From contig NC_000917.1 of NCBI RefSeq assembly GCF_000008665.1, positions 480,001-512,000 on the forward strand: a DNA stretch of 32,000 nucleotides. Direction: 5' to 3'. Within the stretch, counting starts at the first letter, position 1, and each line of letters opens with the position of its first letter. Both the position numbers and the translations under genes were made by a program. Source of the DNA: Archaeoglobus fulgidus DSM 4304. GTDB taxonomy: Archaea; Halobacteriota; Archaeoglobi; Archaeoglobales; Archaeoglobaceae. Below the pieces are notes generated by a model that saw only the letters and a list, made by a program, of their open reading frames with translations, was not told where the DNA came from and made no database searches. This document shows, piece by piece, positions 1 to 9,684 of this stretch.

Positions 1-528
1 CTTTATGTTCTCCCTGGCTATCTCCGCCATCTCCTTGGCAAACTCTTCCCCTACAATGGGAGCGAGAACCTCATATCCCTCAAAAGCAGCCTCCTCGAAG
101 GCGGAGTAAACGGAATCGTACTCCTTCATGAGTTTCTTCCCGATTTTCTCAAGCTCCTTGAAATCGATATTCAGCTTTTCGCCGATTATTTCGAGCCACT
201 TGAATGCCTTCATCTCGTTCTTCCACTGCTGAAGCTTCTCCCTTCTCTGCCTCTCGTTGACGTCCTTTATCGAGAGGTCAATGTGCCCTCTTTTCGGATT
301 TACATCGAGTACCTTGCATATTACCTTCTGTCCTTTTTTGACGTGCTCCCTGATGTCCTTAATCCAACCTGACGCGACCTCGCTAATGTGAACCATCCCT
401 TCTCTGCCCTCGTACTCATCAAGGGAAACAAAGGCTCCAAAATCGAGCACCCTCTTAACCGTTCCTATGACAATCTCGCCCTTAGAAGGATAACCACTTC
501 TCTTTATGATTAGCCTCTTTTCTTTCAT
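1..528 (-). CDS. Translation initiation factor aIF2 alpha subunit, N-terminal part (runs off the left edge)
   Basis: Reverse strand from the ATG at 528 reads MKEKRLIIKRSGYPSKGEIVIGTVKRVLDFGAFVSLDEYEGREGMVHISEVASGW..., an S1 domain typical of a/eIF2-alpha. The start is preceded by gaagggagaagg. Confidence 0.9.
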   Translation of the reverse strand, partial: MKEKRLIIKRSGYPSKGEIVIGTVKRVLDFGAFVSLDEYEGREGMVHISEVASGWIKDIREHVKKGQKVICKVLDVNPKRGHIDLSIKDVNERQRREKLQQWKNEMKAFKWLEIIGEKLNIDFKELEKIGKKLMKEYDSVYSAFEEAAFEGYEVLAPIVGEEFAKEMAEIARENIK

Positions 529-564
529 CCTTCTCCCTTCCTATTTCAGTGAATTTAAATATTG

Positions 565-1263
565 TTACCACGGCAGTTCGGAGGCATTAAAAACCGGCCC
601 ATCAGCGCAAACTCTCAGACCATTCTCTATCACGCAAGAGCCACAAACACCAATGCCGCACCTCATGTACCTTTCAAGCGAGAACTCAGCCTTGTCAAGT
701 GCATCCCTCTCCTTCAAAAAGTCGTATGTTGCTCTCAGCATCCCCTCGCTTCCGCAAACGTAGATTTTTTCGTATTCATCGAGCTTTTCAAGCTTTAGGG
801 CATCTAAAACGGTTCCCTTTAAACCAAAACTTCCGTCCTCGGTTGTAACCGTGATTCTGTCAAATTTATCAAGCCAAAATAAGTTTTTGGCGGTTCTCTC
901 GCCATAAACAACACTCACTTTTGAGCCGCATTTCATCAGGTACTCGTAAAGATACTTCATTGGTGCAATTCCAATACCCCCCGCAACGATAAGGGCGCGC
1001 TTTGATGGCGTGAAGGCGCTGCCGAACGCACCCCTTACACCGACATACTGCCCCTCTTTTGCATTAATCAGACTTGCGGTGGTCTCGCCAACGGCCTTCA
1101 CCGTTACCGAATTTGAGGAGGATAGGCTGAGTGGTATTTCCTCACAACCCGGAACGTAAACCATTACGAACTGACCGGGGTAAGACCGCAGGCTGATACT
1201 GAAGTACAGTGTAGCCACCTCGTCAGTTAATCGCTCAATTTGCGTGATTCTTGTATAGTACAT
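565..1263 (-). CDS. pyrK: Dihydroorotate dehydrogenase electron transfer subunit (PyrK family, FAD/2Fe-2S)
   Basis: 232 aa. Motifs: SYPGQFVMVYVPG, GGIGIAPMKYLYEYL, and C-terminal Cys cluster CGIGVCGSCVIENGLRVCADGPVF. Confidence 0.88.
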   Translation of the reverse strand: MYYTRITQIERLTDEVATLYFSISLRSYPGQFVMVYVPGCEEIPLSLSSSNSVTVKAVGETTASLINAKEGQYVGVRGAFGSAFTPSKRALIVAGGIGIAPMKYLYEYLMKCGSKVSVVYGERTAKNLFWLDKFDRITVTTEDGSFGLKGTVLDALKLEKLDEYEKIYVCGSEGMLRATYDFLKERDALDKAEFSLERYMRCGIGVCGSCVIENGLRVCADGPVFNASELPW

Positions 1264-1331
1264 GCCCCCGCCTCGACAGCAACATTTATAAAGATATTCG
1301 GAAAATCTTAAACAGTTAATTGTTTAGTTTG

Positions 1332-1350
1332 ATTGCAACTAAGTTGCAAT
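1332..1350. promoter_or_regulatory. Perfect inverted repeat ATTGCAAC-TAA-GTTGCAAT in the divergent pyrK / wHTH intergenic region
   Basis: Read directly: 8-bp arms with a 3-nt spacer. It lies between a reverse-strand TATA-like box near 1280-1290 (aacatttataaag) and a forward one near 1413-1425 (gcttaaatac). Confidence 0.55.
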
Positions 1351-1443
1351 GCTTTTACCATAATATGAAATTGTACCAAAGGTTTGTACTCATAACTGGT
1401 AACTTTTTGGAAAAGCTTAAATACAAGTGCATCTTAATAGCAC

Positions 1444-1668
1444 ATGATGATGACCGACCTACCCGAAAACATACGCAAAACTGCTGTGGCTCTGCTTAGG
1501 CTTGGGGAGGCAACTGCTGAGGACATAGCCAAAATTACCGGGCGTAAAAGGTCCACGGAAAGCTACTACCTGAACCTGATGGCTGACTTGAAGCTTGTCA
1601 AGAAAAAGAAGGTTGGTCGAAAAATCTACTTCATCTTCAACTCTCGCGACCAAGAAAAAAGGCAATAG
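1444..1668 (+). CDS. Small winged-helix/HTH transcriptional regulator-like protein
   Basis: 74 aa: MMMTDLPENIRKTAVALLRLGEATAEDIAKITGRKRSTESYYLNLMADLKLVKKKKVGRKIYFIF, an HTH followed by a basic wing. A TATA-like box lies ~25 nt upstream. Confidence 0.7.
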   Translation: MMMTDLPENIRKTAVALLRLGEATAEDIAKITGRKRSTESYYLNLMADLKLVKKKKVGRKIYFIFNSRDQEKRQ

Positions 1669-1977
1669 TCCGTTTTTTGAAGGGTCACTTTTTCAGGTTG
1701 TTGGTTGTAGTTATGCTGATTTGATTATTATTGCAGTTTAATTTATAAGTTATTTAATTCTTTAATATACCATAAAAATAATTTTTTTATTAAATTTTGT
1801 GATATTATAATAGGCTTTAAAAAATAAAAAAATCCACCGATATTTTAGCAATATAATTATACATCTTGTCTAAAATTATGTTACACAATTTTTGTAACAA
1901 AAATTTTTAGGATTTCCTAAAACATAAAGAAAGAGTAACTCAGTTGTTTCAAAAATTATGTGAATAAGGGAATTCGG

Positions 1978-2049
1978 ATGTGTTTAATGGGGGGTAACTG
2001 CAAAAATTGCCAAGGTTGTGGTATTTATCATGAATTGTATATTGTCTAG
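1978..2049 (+). CDS. Possible Cys-rich microprotein (MCLMGGNCKNCQGCGIYHELYIV)
   Basis: ATG at 1978, TAG at 2047-2049. It has four cysteines including CxxCxxC and is locally less A+T-rich than its flanks. AGGG lies 7 nt upstream of the ATG. An alternative GTG start at 1960 is in frame. Confidence 0.3.
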   Translation: MCLMGGNCKNCQGCGIYHELYIV

Positions 2050-2295
2050 TTACAAATTTTGTAGAATGGCATTTTGTGAGATATTTAATTAAATTCAAAT
2101 AAATACTAAGTTAAAAATTTTTTGACTTCTAAGTATATTTTAAATCAATCGAGGTTTTATATATATCTTTTGTGTCTTTTAAAAATTCCTATATCTTATT
2201 TTAAGTTTAATTTTTCATTGAAATTAAAAAAATAAAATAATACATAACGTATTAAAAATCAAAGTGCTTATTAACAAAGATGTCGTAGAAAAGTT

Positions 2296-4180
2296 GTGAG
2301 TCCTGATCAGACGGCTGTTGAGTACACGGCAAAGGATATCGAAGTTCTTGACGACCTCGAAGCTGTAAGGAAGAGGCCTGGAATGTATATCGGTGGAGTA
2401 GGAGTGCGTGGACTTCATCACCTTCTTTGGGAGGTGGTTGATAATGCGGTTGATGAGGCCCTTGCGGGTTACTGCGATACAATAAAAGTGAGTCTTCACA
2501 AAGATGGCTCGGCATCGGTAGAGGATAACGGGCGAGGCATACCTACGGAAATGCACGAGTTAGGCAAATCAGCGCTTGAAATAGTGATGACGAAGCTTCA
2601 CGCTGGGGGAAAGTTCTCGAAGAAGGTTTACCGCGTTTCCGGGGGCTTGCACGGAGTTGGTGTATCGGTTGTTAACGCACTCTCGGAGTGGCTGGAGGTG
2701 TGGGTCAAAAGAAACGGTAAAATCTACTACCAGAAGTATCAGCGCGGAAGCCGGTCACCGAACTGAAGTTCTTGGAGAGACGAAAGAGCACGGCACTACG
2801 GTGAGGTTCAAGCCGGACAGGGAGATTTTCGAAACGACGGAATTCAAGTATGAGATAGTGGCCCAGCGCCTGAAGGAGCTCGCGTATCTCAACCGCGGAT
2901 TGAAGATTATACTATTCGATGAAAGGGAGGGTAAGGAAGAGACGTTCCACTTTGAAGACGGGATAATCGGTCTTGTGAGGAGCCTAAACAGGAATCGAAA
3001 GCCTCTCCATGAGCCCATTTACATTGAGACCACTAAGGACGGAGTGAGTGTTGAGGTCGCAATTCAGTTCACGGATTCGGATGTCGAGAACATTCAGGCT
3101 TTCGCCAACAACATCAACACGTCAGAAGGTGGCTCCCACGTCGTAGGCTTTAGAGCGGGGCTTACAAGAGCGGTAAACGAGTACGGCAAAAAGCACCTCA
3201 AAAAGTTTGAGCCTGTCACCGGAGTTGACATAAGGGAGGGGCTTACGGCTGTTATAAGCGTCAAAGTTCCTGAACCGCAGTTTGAAGGGCAGACAAAGAC
3301 CAAGCTCACGAACAGCGACGTCAAGACTGTCGTCGAGTCTGCGGTTTACTCGGGAGTTTTAAGGTGGCTTGAAGAGAATCCGGCTCAGGCTGAGACGCTT
3401 CTCAATAAGTTTATTTTGAATAAAAAGGCAAGGGAGGCTGCGAAGAGGGCCAAGGAACTTGTAAAGAGGAAGAACGAGCTGATTACAACCCTGCCCGGAA
3501 AACTCGCCGACTGCTCATCGAAGAATCCTGAGGAGAGGGAGCTTTTCATAGTTGAGGGCGAGTCTGCCGGGGGTTCAGCTAAGCAGGCAAGGGACAGAAG
3601 ATTTCAGGCAATCCTTCCGATAAAGGGGAAGATTATAAACGTCGAAAAGGCGGGAATGGCCAGAGTGCTTAAAAATGACGAGATTAAGGCCATAATCTCA
3701 GCCATAGGTGCTGGGATCGGAAAGGATTTCGACATAACAAAGGCAAGATACCGCAGAATCATAATAATGACTGACGCTGACGTCGATGGGGCACACATAA
3801 GGACGCTGCTGCTGACCTTCTTTTACAGGTACATGAGGCCACTGATAGAGAGCGGCTACCTCTACATAGCCCAGCCCCCGCTGTATCAGATAAAGAAGGG
3901 GAAGAAGAGCTACTATGCCTACTCCGACGAAGAGCTGAAGAGGACGCTGGAGCAGGTTGGTGGTGGAGAGGTGCAGAGGTACAAGGGTTTGGGAGAGATG
4001 AACCCGCAGCAACTCTGGGAAACTACGATGAACCCGGAAAACAGAATTTTGATCCAGGTAACTCTTGAGGATGCCAAAAGGGCAGACGAGCTTTTCAGCA
4101 TTCTCATGGGCGAGGATGTGGAGAGCAGGAGGAACTTCATAATGGCCCACTCGAAAGAGGTGAAGAACCTTGACATTTGA
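2296..4180 (+). CDS. gyrB: DNA gyrase subunit B, apparent reading frame interrupted by two small indels
   Basis: The two ORFs 2296-2766 and 2657-4180 join as one GyrB. Motifs: [112 protein letters not shown]. Restoring one base near 2748 and one near 2769 gives ...[23 protein letters not shown]. Confidence 0.93.
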
Positions 4181-4931
4181 GAAATACAGCAGGCAGATTA
4201 TGATTTTTGGGGAGGAGGGACAGAGAAGGTTGAGCAAAGCCAAGGTTCTTGTGGTCGGCGCGGGGGGTCTTGGTAGCCCGGTAATAGCCTACCTCGCAGC
4301 AGCGGGCGTGGGAAAAATTGGGATAGTTGATGGCGACACAGTCGAGGTTTCCAATTTGCAAAGGCAAATTATACACGCTGGGAATCTCGGGGAAAATAAG
4401 GCGGAGTCGGCCGCAGAATTTGTGAAGAAGCTCAACCCCGACGTTGAGGTGGATGTTTACCCCTTCTCAATAACTCCCGAAAACGTTCTTGAGGTCGTTG
4501 AGCGATACGACGTTGTTGCGGGCTGCCCCGACAGCTTCAGGAGCAGGTTTTTGCTGAACGATGCTTGCATGATTTTAAAAAAGACGTTCGTCCATGCGGC
4601 CGTGTATGCATGGGAAGGGGAGGTGGCAACCTTCACGGGAAAGCCGTGCTACAGATGCTACATTCCGAAATCACCTGAAGAGAGTGGAAGGGCCATATTA
4701 GGAGCTACTGCCGGGGCATTTGGCTGTTTGCAGGCGGCAGAGGTAATTAAAATCATCACCGGAAGTGGTGAACCGCTCATCGGAAGGCTGATAAGGGGAA
4801 ACCTTGCCGAGATGGAGTTCTTCACAATCAACATTCCTGAGAGGGATGACTGTCCTGTTTGCTCAGGAAGGCTGAAAGGTATTTTCGACGAAAACTACGT
4901 TGATGATTGCACAATCAGACGCCTTGAGTGA
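4170..4931 (+). CDS. ThiF/MoeB/HesA-family E1-like adenylyltransferase homologue (possibly without the canonical catalytic Cys)
   Basis: 253 aa, TTG start overlapping the gyrB end. Motifs: YSRQIMIFGEEGQRRLSKAKVLVVGAGGLGSPVIAYLAAAGVGKIGIVDGD, CYRCYIP, CPVC. Confidence 0.85.
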   Translation: MTFEKYSRQIMIFGEEGQRRLSKAKVLVVGAGGLGSPVIAYLAAAGVGKIGIVDGDTVEVSNLQRQIIHAGNLGENKAESAAEFVKKLNPDVEVDVYPFSITPENVLEVVERYDVVAGCPDSFRSRFLLNDACMILKKTFVHAAVYAWEGEVATFTGKPCYRCYIPKSPEESGRAILGATAGAFGCLQAAEVIKIITGSGEPLIGRLIRGNLAEMEFFTINIPERDDCPVCSGRLKGIFDENYVDDCTIRRLE

Positions 4932-4999
4932 TTTATCAAACTCAAAAATGTATTATTTGGCCGAAACATATTTATTGCAGAGTTGAGAAGTCAATAAGT

Positions 5000-6223
5000 A
5001 TGACTACAATTAACTTTCTTGGAGGATGTAGAGAGGTTGGAAGGTCAGCGGTTATGGTAGATGGTATTATGATTGATTACGGTGTAAAACCTTCTGACCC
5101 TCCTGAATTTCCGTTGAATGGTTTATCCCCAAGGGCTGTAATTCTCTCACACGGTCATCTCGACCACATCGGGGTTGCTCCGAACCTAATGTACTACGAC
5201 CCTGAGGTCATTCTCACCCCTCCATCTCACGAGCTTTCAATGATACTGCTGAGGGACTCGATGAAGATAATGCACCCCCCTCCCTTCACCAAGAGAGAGC
5301 TTAGGCAGTTTGAGAGCAACATAAGGGAGGTTGAGTACGAGGAGCCGATAACAGTGGGAGATTACGAGGTTGAGTTTTTCAATGCCGGCCACATTCCGGG
5401 TAGTGCAAGCATCCACATGAGAGGGGATGTAAACATTCTCTACTCAGGAGACATCAGGCTTGAGGAGACGAGGCTGCTTGAGGGGGCCAATACGGACTAT
5501 CCCGAGACGGACATACTTATTGTCGAGAGCACTTACTTCGGGACTGAGCACCCTGACAGAAAGGAGCTTGAAAGAGCCTTTGTTGAGAGCGTGATTGACA
5601 CACTTGATATGGGGGGTCATGCGATCATCCCCGCCTTTGCGGTTGGGAGGACTCAGGAAGTTCTGATGATCCTCGAAAGGTACGGAATAACTCCCTATGT
5701 AGACGGAATGGGTAAGGAGGTTGCGCAGGTTATTCAGAGGCATCCTGACTTTATCAGAAGCCCGAAGGAGCTCAAGAGGGCCGTTAGAAACGCAATCCCC
5801 GTCGAGTGGAGGCAGAGGGAAAGAGTGCTGGAGGAGCCGTCAGCCGTTGTGACTACTGCCGGAATGCTCAACGGCGGTCCAGCGATGTTCTACATATCGA
5901 GGCTCTACAACGACGAGAAGTCGAAGATACTGCTCACGGGCTACCAAGTAGAGGGGACAAACGGGGACATGGCACTAAAAACGGGCATGCTAAACCTCGG
6001 AACAAGGGTCGTGAAGCTTAAAATGGGTGTCGAGCAGTACGACTTCTCCGCGCATGCGGACGACAGGCAGCTGAAGGAGTACGTTAAGAGGGTTGTTGAC
6101 AGAGGGGCAGAGGTCGTCTTCACAATTCATGGTGAAGAGACGGAGGCGTTTGCAGAGTGGATTAAGGACAACATTGGAGTTGAAGCGTACGCACCGAAGA
6201 ACGGAGAAATCTACGTAATATGA
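5000..6223 (+). CDS. Metallo-beta-lactamase / beta-CASP RNA-processing nuclease (archaeal mRNA 3'-end processing factor-like)
   Basis: MTTINFLGGCREVGRSAVMVDG..., LSHGHLDHIG, STYFGTEHPDR, AFAVGRTQEVL, FSAHADDRQLKEYV. The track ORF from 4928 is in frame but ATG 5000 better fits the family start. Confidence 0.88.
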   Translation: MTTINFLGGCREVGRSAVMVDGIMIDYGVKPSDPPEFPLNGLSPRAVILSHGHLDHIGVAPNLMYYDPEVILTPPSHELSMILLRDSMKIMHPPPFTKRELRQFESNIREVEYEEPITVGDYEVEFFNAGHIPGSASIHMRGDVNILYSGDIRLEETRLLEGANTDYPETDILIVESTYFGTEHPDRKELERAFVESVIDTLDMGGHAIIPAFAVGRTQEVLMILERYGITPYVDGMGKEVAQVIQRHPDFIRSPKELKRAVRNAIPVEWRQRERVLEEPSAVVTTAGMLNGGPAMFYISRLYNDEKSKILLTGYQVEGTNGDMALKTGMLNLGTRVVKLKMGVEQYDFSAHADDRQLKEYVKRVVDRGAEVVFTIHGEETEAFAEWIKDNIGVEAYAPKNGEIYVI

Positions 6224-6840
6224 GGGTGCTTCTTCTTTCCGACATTCATTCTTCAACGCAAAACCTTGAAAAAATTCTGAAAGCCGCCGAATACGATGCT
6301 GTTTTCATCGCCGGAGACCTCACGCAATTTAGGCCGAAGGATGCCAAGGTGGTTGATGAAATTATTTCTGAACAAACTGACTCATGCCTTGCCGTGCACG
6401 GTAACTGCGACCATGAGGCAATCTTGGGTGAGAAATACAAGGCTTTAAAGTTCATTCACGGCAAAAGCGTTGAGTTTGACGGCTACACAGTTCACGGGGT
6501 TGGTGGCTCCGGAATTACGCCCTTCAACACGCCGTCAGAGTACACTGAGCGGGAAATTCTTGAAATCATGGACAACTTTGTACTCAGAGATTTCAACATT
6601 CTCCTCTCTCACTGTCCTCCAAAGGGGTTTCTTGACAGGACCTACTCAGGAGTGCACGCTGGCTGTGAGGCGATAAGAGAGAGAATGATAGAGTTTGACG
6701 TAATTCTATGCGGCCATATCCACGAAAGTCACGGAGTAGTGGATTCACCCCAACTCATCGTCAACCCTGGCCCGGTGATGTGGGGGAGGTTTGCGGTCAT
6801 CGATGTGGAGAAGAAGGTGGTGGAGCTCAGGAAACTCTGA
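6220..6840 (+). CDS. Calcineurin-like metallophosphoesterase
   Basis: 206 aa, ATGA overlap with the upstream stop. Motifs: LLLSDIHSS, AVFIAGDLT, VHGNCDHEA, LLSHCPPKG, LCGHIHESHGV, VNPGP. Confidence 0.88.
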   Translation: MRVLLLSDIHSSTQNLEKILKAAEYDAVFIAGDLTQFRPKDAKVVDEIISEQTDSCLAVHGNCDHEAILGEKYKALKFIHGKSVEFDGYTVHGVGGSGITPFNTPSEYTEREILEIMDNFVLRDFNILLSHCPPKGFLDRTYSGVHAGCEAIRERMIEFDVILCGHIHESHGVVDSPQLIVNPGPVMWGRFAVIDVEKKVVELRKL

Positions 6841-7786
6841 AGTACCTAATCTCACCATTCTCCTCCTTCTTACCGACAAGTCCTTTGTGGTACAGGTGTT
6901 CTAAATGGGCAATGGTCTCACCGACGGCAAACCATTTCTGCACGACGTGCACGTCTGCCCACTTTGTATAAACCAAATCCCATGTTATGCTCGGTGCAAC
7001 CTCCCAGGCTGTTTTCGGCGTATTCAGGGCAGATAACGCTTCCCGAAGTCTTTTGGAGTGGTGCTTTTTAATCTCCTCCACTCTGGTTTTCAGGTCGTTC
7101 CACCTACGCCTGTGGCCAGGAAGAACGAGTTTTACGTCCAGATTTTCGACTTTCTCAAGGCTTTGCAGGTAGCTCGAGAGCGAATCCTCGAGGAAAGGCC
7201 ACCACGTTATGTTTGGTGTTATGTCTATCAGCACGTGGTCTCCAGAGAAGAATATCTTCCTGCTTTCGTCGTAAAGGCACGTATGGCCGGGAGAGTGGCC
7301 GGGGGTCTCGATGGCTTTGAGCCTGAAGCTGCCAACTCTAACCACTTCCCCAACTGCAACGAACTCGACATCGTCCTTAACCCAAAAATTCCTTCCCGGA
7401 TGAAGGGAGAGTATCTTCTCAGCTTCTTTTGCGGGAAATCCGTTTTTGATGTAAAATTTCAGCAAATCCCGCCAGTAATCCTCTTCAACCATCGTCTCCC
7501 TTACAATTTTGGCCTCGGTCTCTCCCATTAGGACTTCATCCGCAAGTTTTGCCGCCAAGCCCATGTGGTCCGCATGCATATGCGTGCAGAAAACTCTGAA
7601 GTTCCTCACATTCAGCTCTTCCAGGGCTCCCTTTATGCTTCTGTAGCACGATTCCCTGTTAAATCCCGTATCAATCAGCAGGGCTTCATCACCATCCATG
7701 ACAAGGTACGAATTGGTGTACCTGAGAGGGCTTCCCTTTAGTGGCACTTCTATTCTGTAGATGCCGTCAGCAATCCTTTCCACCAT
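6827..7786 (-). CDS. MBL-fold metallohydrolase
   Basis: From ATG 7786: MVERIADGIYRIEVPLKGSPLRYTNSYLV..., with THMHADHMG, ETPGHSPGHTCLY, FFSGDHVL and VLPGHRRRW. Confidence 0.85.
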   Translation of the reverse strand: MVERIADGIYRIEVPLKGSPLRYTNSYLVMDGDEALLIDTGFNRESCYRSIKGALEELNVRNFRVFCTHMHADHMGLAAKLADEVLMGETEAKIVRETMVEEDYWRDLLKFYIKNGFPAKEAEKILSLHPGRNFWVKDDVEFVAVGEVVRVGSFRLKAIETPGHSPGHTCLYDESRKIFFSGDHVLIDITPNITWWPFLEDSLSSYLQSLEKVENLDVKLVLPGHRRRWNDLKTRVEEIKKHHSKRLREALSALNTPKTAWEVAPSITWDLVYTKWADVHVVQKWFAVGETIAHLEHLYHKGLVGKKEENGEIRYFRVS

Positions 7787-7914
7787 CCTTTCACCAACAT
7801 CGAAAAAAATTATAAGAATTTCTCTTCCATCAGAAGCACAGGAAGAGGGCGGAGCGAACAAAGAATTTATATACTATCTTGCATTGATAATTGAAAAAGA
7901 AATGGGGGATGTTC

Positions 7915-9015
7915 ATGAAATCAATCGTTGAGGAGGCTCTTGCAAGGGCTGAGAGAGAAAAGAAAGAAAGGATAGAAGGAAGGGGTTTTGAGGACGTGGA
8001 GGATGAAATACTGCAAGTGCTGCATGAGCTGAAGACTGTAATCAAGGTCATAGGCGTTGGAGGTGGCGGCTGCAACACCATAACAAGAATGTACGAAGAG
8101 GGAATAGAGGGTGCGGAGCTTATAGCCCTCAACACCGATGTCCAGCACCTTTACTACACAAAGGCCAACAGGAGAATTTTGATAGGGAAAAGAAGAACCA
8201 GAGGTCTGGGTGCTGGAAGCCTGCCGCAGGTTGGCGAGGAGGCTGCGAGAGAAAGCGAGGACGAGATAAAGAAGCTTGTAGAGGGCTCGGATATGGTATT
8301 CGTTACCTGCGGCCTCGGCGGTGGAACGGGAACTGGAGCGGCACCTGTTGTTGCTGAGGCTGCGCAGGAGGCAGGGGCGCTTACGATTGCAGTCGTAACC
8401 TTCCCGTTCTCGGCTGAGGGAGCTGTAAGAAGGGCGAACGCCGAAGCTGGACTGGAGAGGCTGAGGGAGGTTGCCGACACGGTAATCGTAATCCCGAACG
8501 ACAGGCTTCTTGAAGTAGTTCCGAACTATCCGATGCAGCTCGCCTTTAAGGTGGCAGATGAAATTTTGATGAGGGCAGTTAAGGGCATTACGGAGCTTAT
8601 AACCAAGCCTGCACTAATCAACCTCGACTTTGCTGATGTAAGGACAGTGATGGAGAAGGGCGGAGTTGCAATGATTGGTCTCGGAGAGGCAAGTGGTGAG
8701 GACAAGGCTGCGGAGTCTGTCAGAAAGGCTCTGAAGAGCCCGCTTCTCGACGTGGATGTTTCAGGAGCCAAGGCAGCGCTCGTCAACGTTACTGGCGGGC
8801 CCGACATGACCATTGAGGAGGCTGAGAGCGTAATTGAGGAGATTTACAGCAAGGTCGACCCTGATGCAAGAATCATATGGGGAGCCATGATTGACCCGGA
8901 GCTTGAGAACACCATGAGGACGCTGATCATCGTTACGGGTGTGAAAAGCCCGCAGATACTCGGTAGGAAGGGTTATCCTGTCACAAGAAAGTACGGGATT
9001 GACTTTGTAAGATAA
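7915..9015 (+). CDS. ftsZ: Cell division protein FtsZ
   Basis: [74 protein letters not shown] 7915 chosen with upstream GGGG; the track ORF begins in frame at 7891. Confidence 0.93.
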   Translation: MKSIVEEALARAEREKKERIEGRGFEDVEDEILQVLHELKTVIKVIGVGGGGCNTITRMYEEGIEGAELIALNTDVQHLYYTKANRRILIGKRRTRGLGAGSLPQVGEEAARESEDEIKKLVEGSDMVFVTCGLGGGTGTGAAPVVAEAAQEAGALTIAVVTFPFSAEGAVRRANAEAGLERLREVADTVIVIPNDRLLEVVPNYPMQLAFKVADEILMRAVKGITELITKPALINLDFADVRTVMEKGGVAMIGLGEASGEDKAAESVRKALKSPLLDVDVSGAKAALVNVTGGPDMTIEEAESVIEEIYSKVDPDARIIWGAMIDPELENTMRTLIIVTGVKSPQILGRKGYPVTRKYGIDFVR

Positions 9016-9047
9016 AGCTTTAAAAACAGGTTGTGGATATTAGCGGC

Positions 9048-9233
9048 ATGCAGATCAACGAAGTACAGTCGAAGCTCAAGGAGTACTACAATGTCCTGAA
9101 GATGGCGAGGAAGCCCGACTGGGAAGAGTTCTCAATGACCGCGAAGGTGGCCCTCGCCGTAATGTTCATAGTTGGCTTTGTCGGCTTCGTTATTTACATT
9201 CTGATGGAAATACTTCCGGGTGCCCTGAAATGA
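9048..9233 (+). CDS. secE: Preprotein translocase subunit SecE (Sec61 gamma)
   Basis: 61 aa: MQINEVQSKLKEYYNVLKMARKPDWEEFSMTAKVALAVMFIVGFVGFVIYILMEILPG. Located between ftsZ and nusG, as in many archaea. Confidence 0.87.
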   Translation: MQINEVQSKLKEYYNVLKMARKPDWEEFSMTAKVALAVMFIVGFVGFVIYILMEILPGALK

Positions 9234-9682
9234 GCAGGTTCTTTGCTGTTAAGACAACAGCCAACCAGGAGAGGGTTGTGGCCAACTTAATGGACATGGC
9301 AGCGAGGAAGCATAACCTTAAAGTATACTCCATTCTCGCCCCAAAGGAGCTGAAAGGGTACATTATAGTCGAGGCTGAAACACCTGATGACCTCTTGAAG
9401 GCTATAAGAGGTCTGCCGCACGTGAAGGGTGTTGTTAAGGGGGAGATAAGCTTCAGCGAGATAGAGCACTTTCTGACCCCGAAGAAGGCCGCAGAGCAAA
9501 TTAGAGAAGGGGACAAGGTAGAAATCGTCTCCGGGCCATTCAAAGGTGAAATGGCCATCGTCAAAAGGGTGGATGAGGCAAAGAATGAAATAACGGTCGA
9601 GCTTCTTGAAGCTGTTGTGCCAATTCCCGTAACGGTAAAGGCTGATCACGTGAGAGTGATAGACAAGAAGGAGGAGGTGTAA
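9230..9682 (+). CDS. Transcription elongation factor Spt5/NusG
   Basis: 150 aa: [25 protein letters not shown]..., KOW motif [24 protein letters not shown]. Start overlaps the secE stop. Confidence 0.92.
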   Translation: MSRFFAVKTTANQERVVANLMDMAARKHNLKVYSILAPKELKGYIIVEAETPDDLLKAIRGLPHVKGVVKGEISFSEIEHFLTPKKAAEQIREGDKVEIVSGPFKGEMAIVKRVDEAKNEITVELLEAVVPIPVTVKADHVRVIDKKEEV

Positions 9683-9684
9683 AA

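Noticed and set aside
506-763. Forward ORF of 85 aa and neighbouring 562-798 ORF
   Set aside because: They overlap the start of aIF2-alpha and the 3' end of pyrK on the reverse strand; low-complexity Ser/Leu-rich translation.
1669-2295. Possible CRISPR leader/array or canonical archaeal replication origin (ORB elements)
   Set aside because: I found no regularly spaced repeats, no ORB/mini-ORB motif and no cdc6/orc1 gene in the window. Only short dyads are present, so an origin call is not supportable.
2224-2556. Reverse ORFs opposite the gyrB 5' end
   Set aside because: Antisense to the conserved GHKL ATPase N-terminus.
2650-2800. Programmed ribosomal frameshifting in gyrB
   Set aside because: No convincing slippery heptamer or pausing structure was seen. 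Two separate one-base losses within 21 bp fit sequence error or mutation better.
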